Shown: positions 28,669-37,654 of the stretch, one piece after another | Layout of the letters: each line of letters begins with the position of its first letter | How positions within the stretch are numbered: the stretch's first letter is position 1 | Assembly: GCA_017991395.1 (NCBI GenBank) | Contig: JAGOQQ010000001.1 | Location: forward strand, 33,864-97,863 | DNA length: 64,000 nucleotides | Source: Minisyncoccota bacterium | GTDB taxonomy: Bacteria > Patescibacteriota > Minisyncoccia > Phycocordibacterales > UBA9973 | Direction of reading: 5' to 3' | Translations under genes and position numbers: made by a program | The notes under the pieces: model-generated | Seen by the model: only the letters and a program-made list of their open reading frames with translations | The model's database searches: none | What the model was told of the DNA's origin: nothing

Positions 28669-29358
28669 TTACATTCGTGAAGACATTTGATCTTTGACAC
28701 GATCGATAGCTTTTGACGCTGCTTCTTTTCCACCGAGTCCAAATGCGAGACCTCCTGCAATCGCAAGCATCGCAATGATACCTGTGAAGAGAATTTGCAT
28801 GAACTGAGGAGCGACACCAAGCTGTGAAAGTGCAATGATGAGTGCGAAAGTCCAGATTGCATAGTGAGCAATTGTACCAAGCATATTTGCTGAACGCACA
28901 TTTGCTGCCTTTGCACCTCCTGTGATAATTCGTCGCATTGCATCAGAGATAACTGTCGCAAGCACGAGAACAAGTGCTGCAATGATAACTTGTGGCAAGT
29001 AACGAAGCACTACTTCACGAAGAAATTCATTGACTTGTGTAAGTCCAATCACTTCGAGTGAAGTCATAAGGAAGACGATAACGATAAACCATTTTACGAT
29101 TCCACCGATAAATCCTCCAACAGAAAGCTTCATATCTGCTTTTGCAAGAATATCAGAAACTCCTGCACTTTGGAAAAGTTTGTCGAGCTTGAGTGCTCCG
29201 ATAACATTTGCAAGTGCTTTTTCGACAACAGAACCAACTACCCAACCGATTATAAAGACTATGATCGCAATGATCAGATTTGGAACGAAATTAACAAATC
29301 CGTACCAGAGACCTTGTAGAGATGTGCTAAATACGTCACCCCAATTTTGAATCAACAT
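28669..29358 (-). CDS. Conserved membrane protein (TM-helix-repeat type)
   Basis: Likely start is MLIQNWGDVF.... Several TM helices with amphipathic K/A-rich connectors. Family assignment is uncertain. Confidence 0.45.
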   Translation of the reverse strand: MLIQNWGDVFSTSLQGLWYGFVNFVPNLIIAIIVFIIGWVVGSVVEKALANVIGALKLDKLFQSAGVSDILAKADMKLSVGGFIGGIVKWFIVIVFLMTSLEVIGLTQVNEFLREVVLRYLPQVIIAALVLVLATVISDAMRRIITGGAKAANVRSANMLGTIAHYAIWTFALIIALSQLGVAPQFMQILFTGIIAMLAIAGGLAFGLGGKEAASKAIDRVKDQMSSRM

Positions 29359-29476
29359 ATTACTTTGGACCACGAAGACCGTGGTGATCGTACCCAAACG
29401 GGTACAACTAACAATTTTACTAATAACATCTTTAAGCTTCGACCTCTAAAGTGCTATGCACCAATTATACCAATAA

Positions 29477-30178
29477 TTAATTATTCGCTAAAGATTGTGT
29501 GGATAACTGAGCCGACTCTATAAGCCTCTCATGGGGATAATCAAGGATATCCCTAATCAGCTTATCGTACATGCTGAGTCTATAAAGAAAGTCCTGAGTC
29601 TCAAATACTGCATACGAAAGCTCCTTCCCTACCTCTGCTTCGAGTGCTTTTATGAGATTGTCGAGTGAACCTTTTTTGATAGTATCGCCCACAAGCAGAA
29701 AATCAACACGACTGTCATCATCCCCAATAAACACACCGGAGACAAGAAAGAGTTTAATTTTACCAACTTTTTTAAATCGCTGAACAAGATCGTCTGGTCG
29801 CAAAAATTCTGCATCAACAAGTAAATTTTTGAGATGATCAGAATACACAAAACCTGGCGTGAGGCACCAACCGTTTACTTTTTTTGTGCGTGCTTTTTTA
29901 CGTGGAGTTGCAGCAATTTCCTTTGAAAAAGATTTTGCTTTGATCATTCCCGCTGACTGTAGCGCATTGAGCTCACGACGAGCTGTGGGACGTGCTGTTC
30001 GACTTCGAGTTGCAATATCAACAGTATCAAAGCACTGCTCTGGGTTGAGTAAAAAAAGTCTCATAATCTTGACTCGCGGTAATGAACCAAAAAGTTTTCC
30101 TAGTGTTTCAAGTGCCATAATAGGGTTATTATAGACCTTTCGACGGATGGGTACAAGGGAGGAATATATTTTTGACAC
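29477..30178 (-). CDS. Winged-helix (ArsR-like) transcriptional regulator with a C-terminal domain of unknown function
   Basis: LPRVKIMRLFLLNPEQCFDTVDIATRSRTARPTARRELNALQSAGMI resembles an ArsR/MarR-type HTH. The C-terminal ~130 aa are unassigned. Confidence 0.5.
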   Translation of the reverse strand: MSKIYSSLVPIRRKVYNNPIMALETLGKLFGSLPRVKIMRLFLLNPEQCFDTVDIATRSRTARPTARRELNALQSAGMIKAKSFSKEIAATPRKKARTKKVNGWCLTPGFVYSDHLKNLLVDAEFLRPDDLVQRFKKVGKIKLFLVSGVFIGDDDSRVDFLLVGDTIKKGSLDNLIKALEAEVGKELSYAVFETQDFLYRLSMYDKLIRDILDYPHERLIESAQLSTQSLANN

Positions 30179-30190
30179 TGATATTCAGTC

Positions 30191-30652
30191 GTGTTATTGT
30201 CTTTAAAACAGCAAAAAATGAAACCGTACATACACACTGAAAGTCTCGTCTCTAAAAATGAAATCGAGTTGTTCAACCAAATTAAACGTGACATTGAATC
30301 CTTGCCTGATAATTTTGATCTAGGAAATGACCAAAACAATCAACCAATTATTCTCACGTGCCACATGCTCGCTCAAGCAATCAGTAAAAAGTATTCACTT
30401 ATGCGAGTGGATGGAAATTACCAACCAGTATTTATGAACCATTCATGGTGCATAAGTCCGGACGGCAATATCATTGATGTATATCCGTGTGGAATTATCG
30501 GCGGACCACTATTGGTATATGTCCCAGATGTACGAACTCTGCATCAACTCTTTGAGACATATGTAGCATGCCCTGTGAATATTTATGGCGTACTGAGCAA
30601 ATCCTACTTTGAACATAGTGTGTCAAAAATTTTAAATCAGATGAATTCTTGA
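30191..30652 (+). CDS. Hypothetical protein
   Basis: 153-aa ORF followed by a clean terminator. Confidence 0.4.
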   Translation: MLLSLKQQKMKPYIHTESLVSKNEIELFNQIKRDIESLPDNFDLGNDQNNQPIILTCHMLAQAISKKYSLMRVDGNYQPVFMNHSWCISPDGNIIDVYPCGIIGGPLLVYVPDVRTLHQLFETYVACPVNIYGVLSKSYFEHSVSKILNQMNS

Positions 30653-30671
30653 AATAATTCAGGAAAACAAA

Positions 30672-30696
30672 AAGTCCGCATTTGCGGACTTTTATT
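30672..30696. terminator. Rho-independent terminator
   Basis: aaagtccgcatttgcggacttttattt. Confidence 0.6.
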
Positions 30697-30809
30697 TCAC
30701 ACACTCTACTCACGTTTTAAGAAAATCCCTCATTTCTGAGGGATTAAAATGTGATTCTCACTAAGTTCTTGGTAAAACCGCCTTGATTGTTTGTACTTGG
30801 AATATTTCC

Positions 30810-31265
30810 CTACGCCGGTTTCAAACGGTTTTTTCCAATAGCCTTCTTAAGTCGCCCCGACGGTTCATTTGGCCACTCTCTTAAAATTTCTGCAAACTTC
30901 ATCAATTCTGCCCAACCTACATTAGTACCAAACCATTGAAACAAGGTGTGCACTACCCGGTCGACAATCTCATGATTTTCGCGAAACTTTTTTCCCCATT
31001 CTTTCTCTATTTCTGTACGTTCAGTTGGAAATGGATCTGGGAAAGGTTCATTCATGGCTAAAATACTATATATTGTCGTCATCAAATTATCGCTTCCTTT
31101 CCGTTTTAAAAGAAAATTGAGTGCTGCCCTTTCTCTTATTCCACCATCTAGTCTATGGGATTTAATGGATTTACTTTCACGGATTCTAAGATCCGTATAT
31201 CGAGAATATTTCTTGATATGCTTTTTTTGTTCTGGAGTCATTTCTTCGGTTTTTAGAGTTTTCAT
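30810..31265 (-). CDS. Hypothetical basic protein
   Basis: 151-aa ORF. No recognised motif. Confidence 0.4.
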   Translation of the reverse strand: MKTLKTEEMTPEQKKHIKKYSRYTDLRIRESKSIKSHRLDGGIRERAALNFLLKRKGSDNLMTTIYSILAMNEPFPDPFPTERTEIEKEWGKKFRENHEIVDRVVHTLFQWFGTNVGWAELMKFAEILREWPNEPSGRLKKAIGKNRLKPA

Positions 31266-31466
31266 TACTCTACTCCTACTTTTCTGTATTGTAAAGATTT
31301 TAGAATAGAATCATGCATACAAAAAATACCCTCAAACTGAGGGTATTTTTTGTATTTTTATTTAATGTGAGGTTGTTATTTCAATTCAACCTGTCACACA
31401 TAAATTCCTGCTGGAATTTTGCGCGACCCCGCCTCGACGCCGTCGCGTCTCCGGCTCAAATTTGAG

Positions 31467-31856
31467 CTATTTAAGCTCAACTTTGCCTCCTGCTTCTTCG
31501 ATCTTCTTCTTCAAATCTTCAGCCTCTGCTTTCTTCATTCCATCCTTAAGTGTTGCTGGTGCTGCGTCTACGAGGTCCTTTGCTTCCTTAAGTCCGAGTC
31601 CGAGAACTTCTTTAACAACTTTCATAACACCAATTTTCGCTTCACCTGCTGATGAGAGAACAACTGTAAATGAATCTTTTTCTTCTGCTGCTTCACCACC
31701 TGCTGCTGGTCCTGCAACTGCAACAGCTGCTGCTGATACACCAAATTTTTCTTCGAGAACCTTTACGAGCTCGTGGAGCTCAATTACTGACATAGTGTCA
31801 ATTTTCTCAACAAGGTCTTTAAACTTTGCTGGAACTTCAAATGTTTTTTCTTCCAT
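31467..31856 (-). CDS. rplL: 50S ribosomal protein L7/L12
   Basis: MEEKTFEV...[18 protein letters not shown], Ala/Gly/Glu hinge, and C-terminal domain [19 protein letters not shown]...[10 protein letters not shown]. Confidence 0.9.
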   Translation of the reverse strand: MEEKTFEVPAKFKDLVEKIDTMSVIELHELVKVLEEKFGVSAAAVAVAGPAAGGEAAEEKDSFTVVLSSAGEAKIGVMKVVKEVLGLGLKEAKDLVDAAPATLKDGMKKAEAEDLKKKIEEAGGKVELK

Positions 31857-31932
31857 ATTGTTTTTGCTTCTAGCTACTAGCATCTTGCTACTAGCTTAAT
31901 AATAAATTAAATAATGTGATTCGATGCGAAAG

Positions 31933-32433
31933 CTAGTTGCTAGTCGCTGTCTTTTTTTCAGCAATTGCTTGTGTAACCACAGCAAGGCGCTGAATTGGTG
32001 AATTGATGAGATTCACAAATTGTGCAATGAGAGTCTCACGTGAAGGAATAGTTGCGATAGTCATCATTTCACTTGCGTTCATGTACTTTCCGTCAAATAC
32101 TCCACCAACGATACTCACTGTATCCTTGTGTGTTTTGTGGAATGCATACACGCCGCGAGCTGGAGCAATCAAATCTTCTCCAAATGCAATCGCGATTTCT
32201 CCCGGCAATTCTGGTAGTTCACCTGTGTACCCTTTTTCAGACAATACTCGCTTCAAAAGAGTTTTCTTTGTGACTTTATATCCTGACTTTTCTGCACGTA
32301 GTGCGCGTCTAAGCTCAGTTGTTTCAGACACTGGGAGCTTTTTGAATTGTACGAATACGATTGATTTTGCTCCATCGACAAGTCCTGCAAATTCTTTTAC
32401 GAGACTAGTCTTTTTTTGTTTTGTAAGTGCCAT
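31933..32433 (-). CDS. rplJ: 50S ribosomal protein L10
   Basis: MALTKQKKTSLVKEF...TTELRRALRAEKSGYKVTKKTLLKRV; located upstream of rplL. Confidence 0.9.
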   Translation of the reverse strand: MALTKQKKTSLVKEFAGLVDGAKSIVFVQFKKLPVSETTELRRALRAEKSGYKVTKKTLLKRVLSEKGYTGELPELPGEIAIAFGEDLIAPARGVYAFHKTHKDTVSIVGGVFDGKYMNASEMMTIATIPSRETLIAQFVNLINSPIQRLAVVTQAIAEKKTATSN

Positions 32434-32632
32434 ATGTATAAGTGATAAGGGATTAGTGATAAGCAAATAGGGATTCTTTTATACCCTAAACCCTTTTCAC
32501 TATTCCCTAAAATTAAAAATCGACCTGTGACGGCCGACATAGAATTACGCGTTGTATACCAAAAGGATACTCGCGTGCCTCGACGGGAAATTAAGTGATT
32601 TCACACCCGTGGTCTCTGGCCTCACGGGTTTG
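32434..32632 (-). promoter_or_regulatory. Long structured rplJ 5' leader (candidate L10(L12) autoregulatory leader). Its last ~85 nt belong to the 5'-UTR hairpin family also found before rplE and rplX
   Basis: ~200-nt untranslated leader with GC-rich hairpins (cccgtgaggccagagaccacggg). The start-proximal part is ...agggaatagtgaaaaggg...aatccctatttgcttatcactaatcccttatcacttatacatATG. Confidence 0.4.
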
Positions 32633-32662
32633 ATAGTACCACATTACAAAGCGAAGAGTCAA
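32633..32662 (-). promoter_or_regulatory. Candidate promoter for rplJ-rplL
   Basis: Minus-strand TTGACT - 18 nt - TACTAT. Confidence 0.4.
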
Positions 32663-32670
32663 GATTAGTC

Positions 32671-32829
32671 TTAATTATTCAAATCAATCGTTGTCTCACT
32701 TACCGCGGATCCTGTGGTCTCTTCTGTGCTCTTGCCTTCCATCAAAGAAATCGCAAAAATAACGACAATTCCAACCAAAAGCACACCAATAAACGTGATA
32801 ACCATTTTAAAAAAATGTTTTGTGATCAT
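32671..32829 (-). CDS. Possible small membrane peptide (~52 aa); below the ORF-track length cutoff
   Basis: MITKHFFKMVITFIGVLLVGIVVIFAISLMEGKSTEETTGSAVSETTIDLNN. Read by eye; coordinates approximate. Confidence 0.25.
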   Translation of the reverse strand: MITKHFFKMVITFIGVLLVGIVVIFAISLMEGKSTEETTGSAVSETTIDLNN

Positions 32830-32836
32830 ATATAGT

Positions 32837-34072
32837 TTAATTCAAAATAGTAAATTGCACACTCGCACCATCTTCTGAAGGCACCGCATACAGTGATGTT
32901 TCTGAGAAAAAAGTCACCACGCCATCTTCTGACACATCTTCCTTTACAAATTCACCTGTCAAAAAATTCCACTGACGAATCGTCGAGCGAAGTGGCTTAC
33001 CTGACACGTCCGAAAGCCACACATTTTTTTCATTCACATTAAAACCAAGTGGAGTCTCTTTGACCATATCAACATCCGGCGGATTCTGAAGTGTCAGTGG
33101 GGTCATTTTTTCTCCAAGATAATTGTAGGGAGTAACGGTGTTTTGAGAATACACGAATACATTTCGAGAAAACACATCAATCAACACTTCAGATACCGAT
33201 ACATTTTTATGAAGTGTCACCGCAGTGTCATTTTTTACATTGAGAATATAATCGCTTCGTCCATCATCAAAACCTCCTGAGACGAGTACTGATTCATCCC
33301 CAAGCGAAACGGCATCAAAAAATCTTCCGCGAGAAACAGATGTGTATTCTTTGATAGATTTAGTGACAGTGTCCACGCGTGCCACAAATTGCCTTTCGCC
33401 TGCTCCCTCACCCAAATCAGTTCCATCGCTTTTGAATATCAATAAATCTGTTGGTACCTTAAGCCACACTGCTGGAGTGTCGAATGTGTCATCAGTAAGA
33501 ATACTTGAGTTGCGACTTTCAACAGAATACACGAAGACACCTCCTTCGTTTGTATTTTTGTATGCAACAAAAAGACTATCTGGTGAAATAACTGGGTGTG
33601 ATCCAAAAGACGATACTACATTTAGTGCATCATCCTTAAGATTGTATATGTACACACCATCAGAAGAAAAAACGACAAAATTGTTTGACCATGAAGGCTT
33701 GCCGACCAGCGATCCATCGTATATTTTTTTCATCACACCTTTTGAAATATCAACAAGTACTACATACGAGCCTTTTTCGAGTTGTCCTTCAACAGGATTT
33801 GACTCACCTTGAAATAATGCAAAACGACTATCAGGCGAGAAGTACACAGAACCTGCCACTTTATCGACACCAATACCAAAAGTTGAAATATCGCCTGAGA
33901 GACGGCTTAGTGCGTCACTTGTGGGTACAAATACACCATTCTCCTCTTGGTGTTCTTCCGACAAAGGTCTTTCGGCTATGTCTGGTGAACTTTGAAGAAA
34001 TAGTGCAGAAATAATACCCGCAACCATAAGTATGATAACAAAAAACACTATTTTTCCTTTTTGAGTAAGCAT
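32837..34072 (-). CDS. Anchored beta-propeller protein with PD40/TolB-like repeats
   Basis: N-terminal TM, then repeated ...SPD(S/G)... blades (FSPDSRFALF, ISPDSLFVAY, VFSSDG). Confidence 0.5.
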   Translation of the reverse strand: MLTQKGKIVFFVIILMVAGIISALFLQSSPDIAERPLSEEHQEENGVFVPTSDALSRLSGDISTFGIGVDKVAGSVYFSPDSRFALFQGESNPVEGQLEKGSYVVLVDISKGVMKKIYDGSLVGKPSWSNNFVVFSSDGVYIYNLKDDALNVVSSFGSHPVISPDSLFVAYKNTNEGGVFVYSVESRNSSILTDDTFDTPAVWLKVPTDLLIFKSDGTDLGEGAGERQFVARVDTVTKSIKEYTSVSRGRFFDAVSLGDESVLVSGGFDDGRSDYILNVKNDTAVTLHKNVSVSEVLIDVFSRNVFVYSQNTVTPYNYLGEKMTPLTLQNPPDVDMVKETPLGFNVNEKNVWLSDVSGKPLRSTIRQWNFLTGEFVKEDVSEDGVVTFFSETSLYAVPSEDGASVQFTILN

Positions 34073-34106
34073 ATCGTAGAGTAATTATATCACACAGGCC
34101 GAGTCG

Positions 34107-35222
34107 TTATTTTGTAGGATTTTTGACCGCAATTTTGTCGATGCAATCAAATGTCTTATTTGTCATCGTTGCAAGTAAAAATCTTTCTTCTACTTTTTTA
34201 CGCGATTCTTTTCCTTGTTCAAATATAAGAAGTGGATTTGTGGCATACAGTGTAAATGTGTCTGCAAGTGATTGCTCTTCGTTCTCTTGTGAAAGCAGCA
34301 CGCCATTTTTTGCATCTACCATCTCACTGATTCCTCCAACATTACTTGAGATTATCGAAAGTCCCCGCGCCATGGATTCGAGAATTGCCATCGGAAACCC
34401 TTCCCAGTGTGAAGTGAACACCAAAATATCTTTTGAAAGAAGCGTGTTCTCTACCGCCTCCCTATCAATTCTCCCCACAAACTCTGTCTCAACAAATGGC
34501 ATGAGAAGTGTCGCCATTTGTTCTGCACGCATCTTGTACGATCCATCGCCAATAAACGTCATCTCAAATTTTTTCTGCAATTCTTCGCTCAGTCGTGAAA
34601 GTGCGCGAATGATAATAAATGGATTTTTGGGTGCGTCCATTTTTCCGACAAACACAAGTCTAATTTTTTCTGAAAGTTTTCTTTCCACAAGTGGCGGTAG
34701 TGCGACGCCGTTGTAAATTGTCACAACCTTGTGTGAAAAAAATGGAAGATAGCGAACAACTGTTTTTCTATCATTTTCTGACACGGCGATCATTTGCTTT
34801 GAAATCAAACCTGTCAGACCTTCAGCAATAATACTTACCACTTTTCTCCAAAATGGTGTACCGTCAGTAAAACTCACGCCATGAAATGTGTGAATTGAAG
34901 GTGCAAGCCCCACACTTCCCCATCTACCTACGATTCCGCCTGCAAAGCTATGAGTCGACACAACATCTGGTTGAAATTGCTTCACTATTTCTCTCACATC
35001 AAAAATCGCCTCAAGTTGTGTGATTGGGTTTAGTGTATTTGAAAAGAAAGGTGAGAAAACCACTTGCACGTATTGACCTTGAACATTTTTTGAAAGCCAG
35101 CCTTCCTTGTCGGTCATAAGGAGTACATGATCTCCTCTTCGTGCGTGTGCATGAATGAGGTCAGAGACAACACTCTGCGCTCCGCCCTCTTCACCCTTTG
35201 TGATTACATACAGAATTTTCAT
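34107..35222 (-). CDS. Glycosyltransferase family 1 (GT4)
   Basis: MKILYVITKGEEGGAQ N-terminal domain, and the C-terminal EGFPMAILESMARGLSIISSNVGGISEMV motif typical of GT4. Confidence 0.8.
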   Translation of the reverse strand: MKILYVITKGEEGGAQSVVSDLIHAHARRGDHVLLMTDKEGWLSKNVQGQYVQVVFSPFFSNTLNPITQLEAIFDVREIVKQFQPDVVSTHSFAGGIVGRWGSVGLAPSIHTFHGVSFTDGTPFWRKVVSIIAEGLTGLISKQMIAVSENDRKTVVRYLPFFSHKVVTIYNGVALPPLVERKLSEKIRLVFVGKMDAPKNPFIIIRALSRLSEELQKKFEMTFIGDGSYKMRAEQMATLLMPFVETEFVGRIDREAVENTLLSKDILVFTSHWEGFPMAILESMARGLSIISSNVGGISEMVDAKNGVLLSQENEEQSLADTFTLYATNPLLIFEQGKESRKKVEERFLLATMTNKTFDCIDKIAVKNPTK

Positions 35223-35308
35223 ATACCCATAATACCACGCAGAAGATTGGATGGGGAAAATAAAAAAACCCGCAGGTGCGGGCTGTCACTCTTTAACACT
35301 TTTCCATT

Positions 35309-36046
35309 TTATGCCTTTTCGAGAAATTCTAATCTTGCTTCCTTATTTGGTCCATTATTAAACATAGTAACCAAAAGTACTTTTACTTTCATGATTTTGT
35401 TTGCTTTATAGTAACCAATCCAACTGGCATCATGCTTTTCAGATGCAAATTCTGTAAAAATATCGCGCACGATATCTTGCACTATGCATGCATTACCAGT
35501 AGTATGACCGAGGTTTTGATACAAAAGCATATCATTAACACTCTGAAGCAATTTAAGTTTGTCTTCCTTGTGTTCCGTCACAAAATTGTTCTGAATAACA
35601 TTTTTAAATAGAGTATAAAATACTCCGTAAAGGCGATTTGATTTCTCTGTTAATTCAATTTTAATAGCTGGGTGTTCACTTTCAAAAGACTCAACAAGAG
35701 ACCAAACTGACCCAGGATTACTTACTACCTTTTCCATTCGATCTAGCAAATAACACGTGAGCATCGAGCAATAGATATTTTCTGATTCCTTTGCTAATAA
35801 TTTAGTTGTTCTGACTACATTAGAGTGGACGTAAAACACAGCAAGACTTGCAATAAAAAATACAATTGCAAAATTTTCAGAGTCAGACATGGCAAATAAC
35901 ATACTGGCCGAAATAAGTGTTACCATCGCAATAATAAAAACAATATTGATGATATTATGAAGAGATGCAAGAATCGAGGGTTTATTACTTTCTTTCATAT
36001 ACCCAGAGAATTCGTAACCTGTTGGTTGGTTTGTTCCAATATCCAT
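35309..36046 (-). CDS. Hypothetical membrane protein
   Basis: Two N-terminal TM helices followed by a soluble domain. No recognised motif. Confidence 0.45.
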   Translation of the reverse strand: MDIGTNQPTGYEFSGYMKESNKPSILASLHNIINIVFIIAMVTLISASMLFAMSDSENFAIVFFIASLAVFYVHSNVVRTTKLLAKESENIYCSMLTCYLLDRMEKVVSNPGSVWSLVESFESEHPAIKIELTEKSNRLYGVFYTLFKNVIQNNFVTEHKEDKLKLLQSVNDMLLYQNLGHTTGNACIVQDIVRDIFTEFASEKHDASWIGYYKANKIMKVKVLLVTMFNNGPNKEARLEFLEKA

Positions 36047-36070
36047 TTTTTCAGTTTTTTAGGAGTTTTC

Positions 36071-36102
36071 TTCAGACTATACTTTTGAGGCGAAATGTCA
36101 AC
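36071..36102 (-). promoter_or_regulatory. Repeated promoter-like motif, copy 1 (upstream of 35309..36046)
   Basis: Minus-strand gTTGACAtttcgcctcaaaagTATAGTctgaa. Nearly identical to 36405-36436. Confidence 0.35.
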
Positions 36103-36150
36103 TTATTATATTTTCAAATAAAAAAGCTGGTGCGAACCAGCTTTGGTGAC

Positions 36151-36390
36151 TTACCTTTCATCTTGAATTTCTTGAGCCAATAATTTTACATGATACAACA
36201 CATTCATTCCTGCAAGCACAAGAAATGCGGGGACACAAATCAGTACAAAAACCAGCATTTGATTTGTCCCACTATCATCAAGTAACATCATTAAAATGAC
36301 AAAAATTATTTGAATAAAAAAATGATAGATATTAAATCTAATTTGCTTGTAGTTGCTTCTGTCCTGAATCTTTGTTGTCTTGTTTTCCAT
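36151..36390 (-). CDS. Small 2-TM membrane protein
   Basis: 79-aa ORF preceded by the same promoter-like motif. Confidence 0.4.
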   Translation of the reverse strand: MENKTTKIQDRSNYKQIRFNIYHFFIQIIFVILMMLLDDSGTNQMLVFVLICVPAFLVLAGMNVLYHVKLLAQEIQDER

Positions 36391-36404
36391 TGTGCAGTTT
36401 TTTA

Positions 36405-36436
36405 TTCAGACTATACTTTTGAGGGAAAATGTCAAC
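36405..36436 (-). promoter_or_regulatory. Repeated promoter-like motif, copy 2 (upstream of 36151..36390)
   Basis: Minus-strand gTTGACAttttccctcaaaagTATAGTctgaa. Confidence 0.35.
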
Positions 36437-36477
36437 AAAGTTAAGCGTAAAGCGTGGAACGTAGAACGTTGACCATT

Positions 36478-36524
36478 CAAATTACAAAAGAGCGGCGCCG
36501 TAGGCGCCGCTCTTTTGTAATTTG
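36478..36524. terminator. Long palindromic terminator (22-bp stem) after rplE; near-identical to the one after fusA
   Basis: caaattacaaaagagcggcgcc gta ggcgccgctcttttgtaatttg, with a T-tract on the mRNA side. Confidence 0.65.
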
Positions 36525-36629
36525 AGATTCTGAAACAAGTTCAGAATGACACAATGCAAATTCAGAGTGAAAATTGCAGATTTGATTTCTTCTGCGCCTA
36601 GTCAGCGTTAAGTCCGCGACTGTCAGCGT

Positions 36630-37169
36630 CTACTTCTTGAACGGCACCCCCACGAGTTCAAAGAATTTTGTTGCTTCTGCTTTTGTTTTTGCAGTTGATA
36701 CAAGTGTGATCGCAAGACCAAACACATCCTTGATTTCTTCGTCTGCAGTTTCAGGGAAAATAGTGTGTTCCTTGATACCGATAGTTGCATTTCCGATATT
36801 GTCTACAATTTTTCGATCAATACCACGGAAGTCTTTTGTTCGAGGAAGAGAGATGTTCAAAAGCTTTTCAAGAAACGCGTACATTCGTGCTCCACGAAGT
36901 GTCACCATGACACCTACAGGATCACCTTGTCGAATCTTAAATGATGCCATTGATTGCTTTGCACCCTTGAGTGATGGCTTTTGACCTGTGATCTTGGTGA
37001 TACGATTAATGACGAGCTCGTTGCGCTTTATGTCACGCTTCATACCAGAACCTGTTCCGACTGACACCACGACTTTTACAAGCTTTGGTGAGGCCATTTT
37101 GTTCTTGTATCCAAACTCAGCTTTCATCACGTCGTATGCATTTTGTGATTTTTCTTTTACTGATTTCAT
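36630..37169 (-). CDS. rplE: 50S ribosomal protein L5
   Basis: Canonical L5 sequence (MKSVKEK...YDVMKAEFGYKN...NISLPRTKDFRGI...). Confidence 0.9.
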   Translation of the reverse strand: MKSVKEKSQNAYDVMKAEFGYKNKMASPKLVKVVVSVGTGSGMKRDIKRNELVINRITKITGQKPSLKGAKQSMASFKIRQGDPVGVMVTLRGARMYAFLEKLLNISLPRTKDFRGIDRKIVDNIGNATIGIKEHTIFPETADEEIKDVFGLAITLVSTAKTKAEATKFFELVGVPFKK

Positions 37170-37253
37170 AAATTTAGTGATAAGGGATTAGTGAGAAGCG
37201 AATAGGGATTTTTACTTCTATTCCCTGTTCCCTTTTCACTAGTCCCTGTCTAT
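37170..37253 (-). promoter_or_regulatory. 5'-UTR hairpin element preceding rplE (family shared with rplJ and rplX)
   Basis: mRNA sense: ...agggactagtgaaaagggaacagggaatagaagtaaaaatccctattcgcttctcactaatcccttatcactaaatttATG. The arms agtgaaaaggg / cccttatcact are complementary. Confidence 0.4.
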
Positions 37254-37559
37254 TTATATTTTCGCTCCACTCTTTCGAGCAATACGAATCTTTTTTCCGT
37301 CTTCGACCTTGTATCCTACTCGAGTTCGCTTTCCTCCTTTTGGATCAATCATCATCACATTTGAAACATGCATTGGCATTGCTACTTCAACTGTTTGACC
37401 TTTTTCACCACGTCGCTTTGGCTTTTGGTGTTTTTTGTGAAGATTGAGACCTTCGATAATCACCTTATCAAGATCGCGAAGTGTCTTGACGACAGTTCCT
37501 TTCTTGCCCTTGTCGCGTCCAGTAGTCACTATTACATTGTCTCCTTTTTTGATTTTCAT
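37254..37559 (-). CDS. rplX: 50S ribosomal protein L24
   Basis: MKIKKGDNVIVTTGRDKGKKGTVVKT... KOW motif. Confidence 0.9.
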   Translation of the reverse strand: MKIKKGDNVIVTTGRDKGKKGTVVKTLRDLDKVIIEGLNLHKKHQKPKRRGEKGQTVEVAMPMHVSNVMMIDPKGGKRTRVGYKVEDGKKIRIARKSGAKI

Positions 37560-37654
37560 AAATTTAGTAAGTAGTAAGTAATTAGTAGGAAATAGTTAGA
37601 TGCTTTCGGTTTTGAATCCCTACTAACTACTTACTACTAATTACTTACTTGATT
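37560..37654 (-). promoter_or_regulatory. Large imperfect hairpin between rplN and rplX built from TACTAA/TAGTAAG-type repeats
   Basis: Plus strand: agtaagtagtaagtaattagtagg ... cctactaactacttactactaattacttact. The 3' arm ends ...cttactaaatttATG(rplX). Confidence 0.4.
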
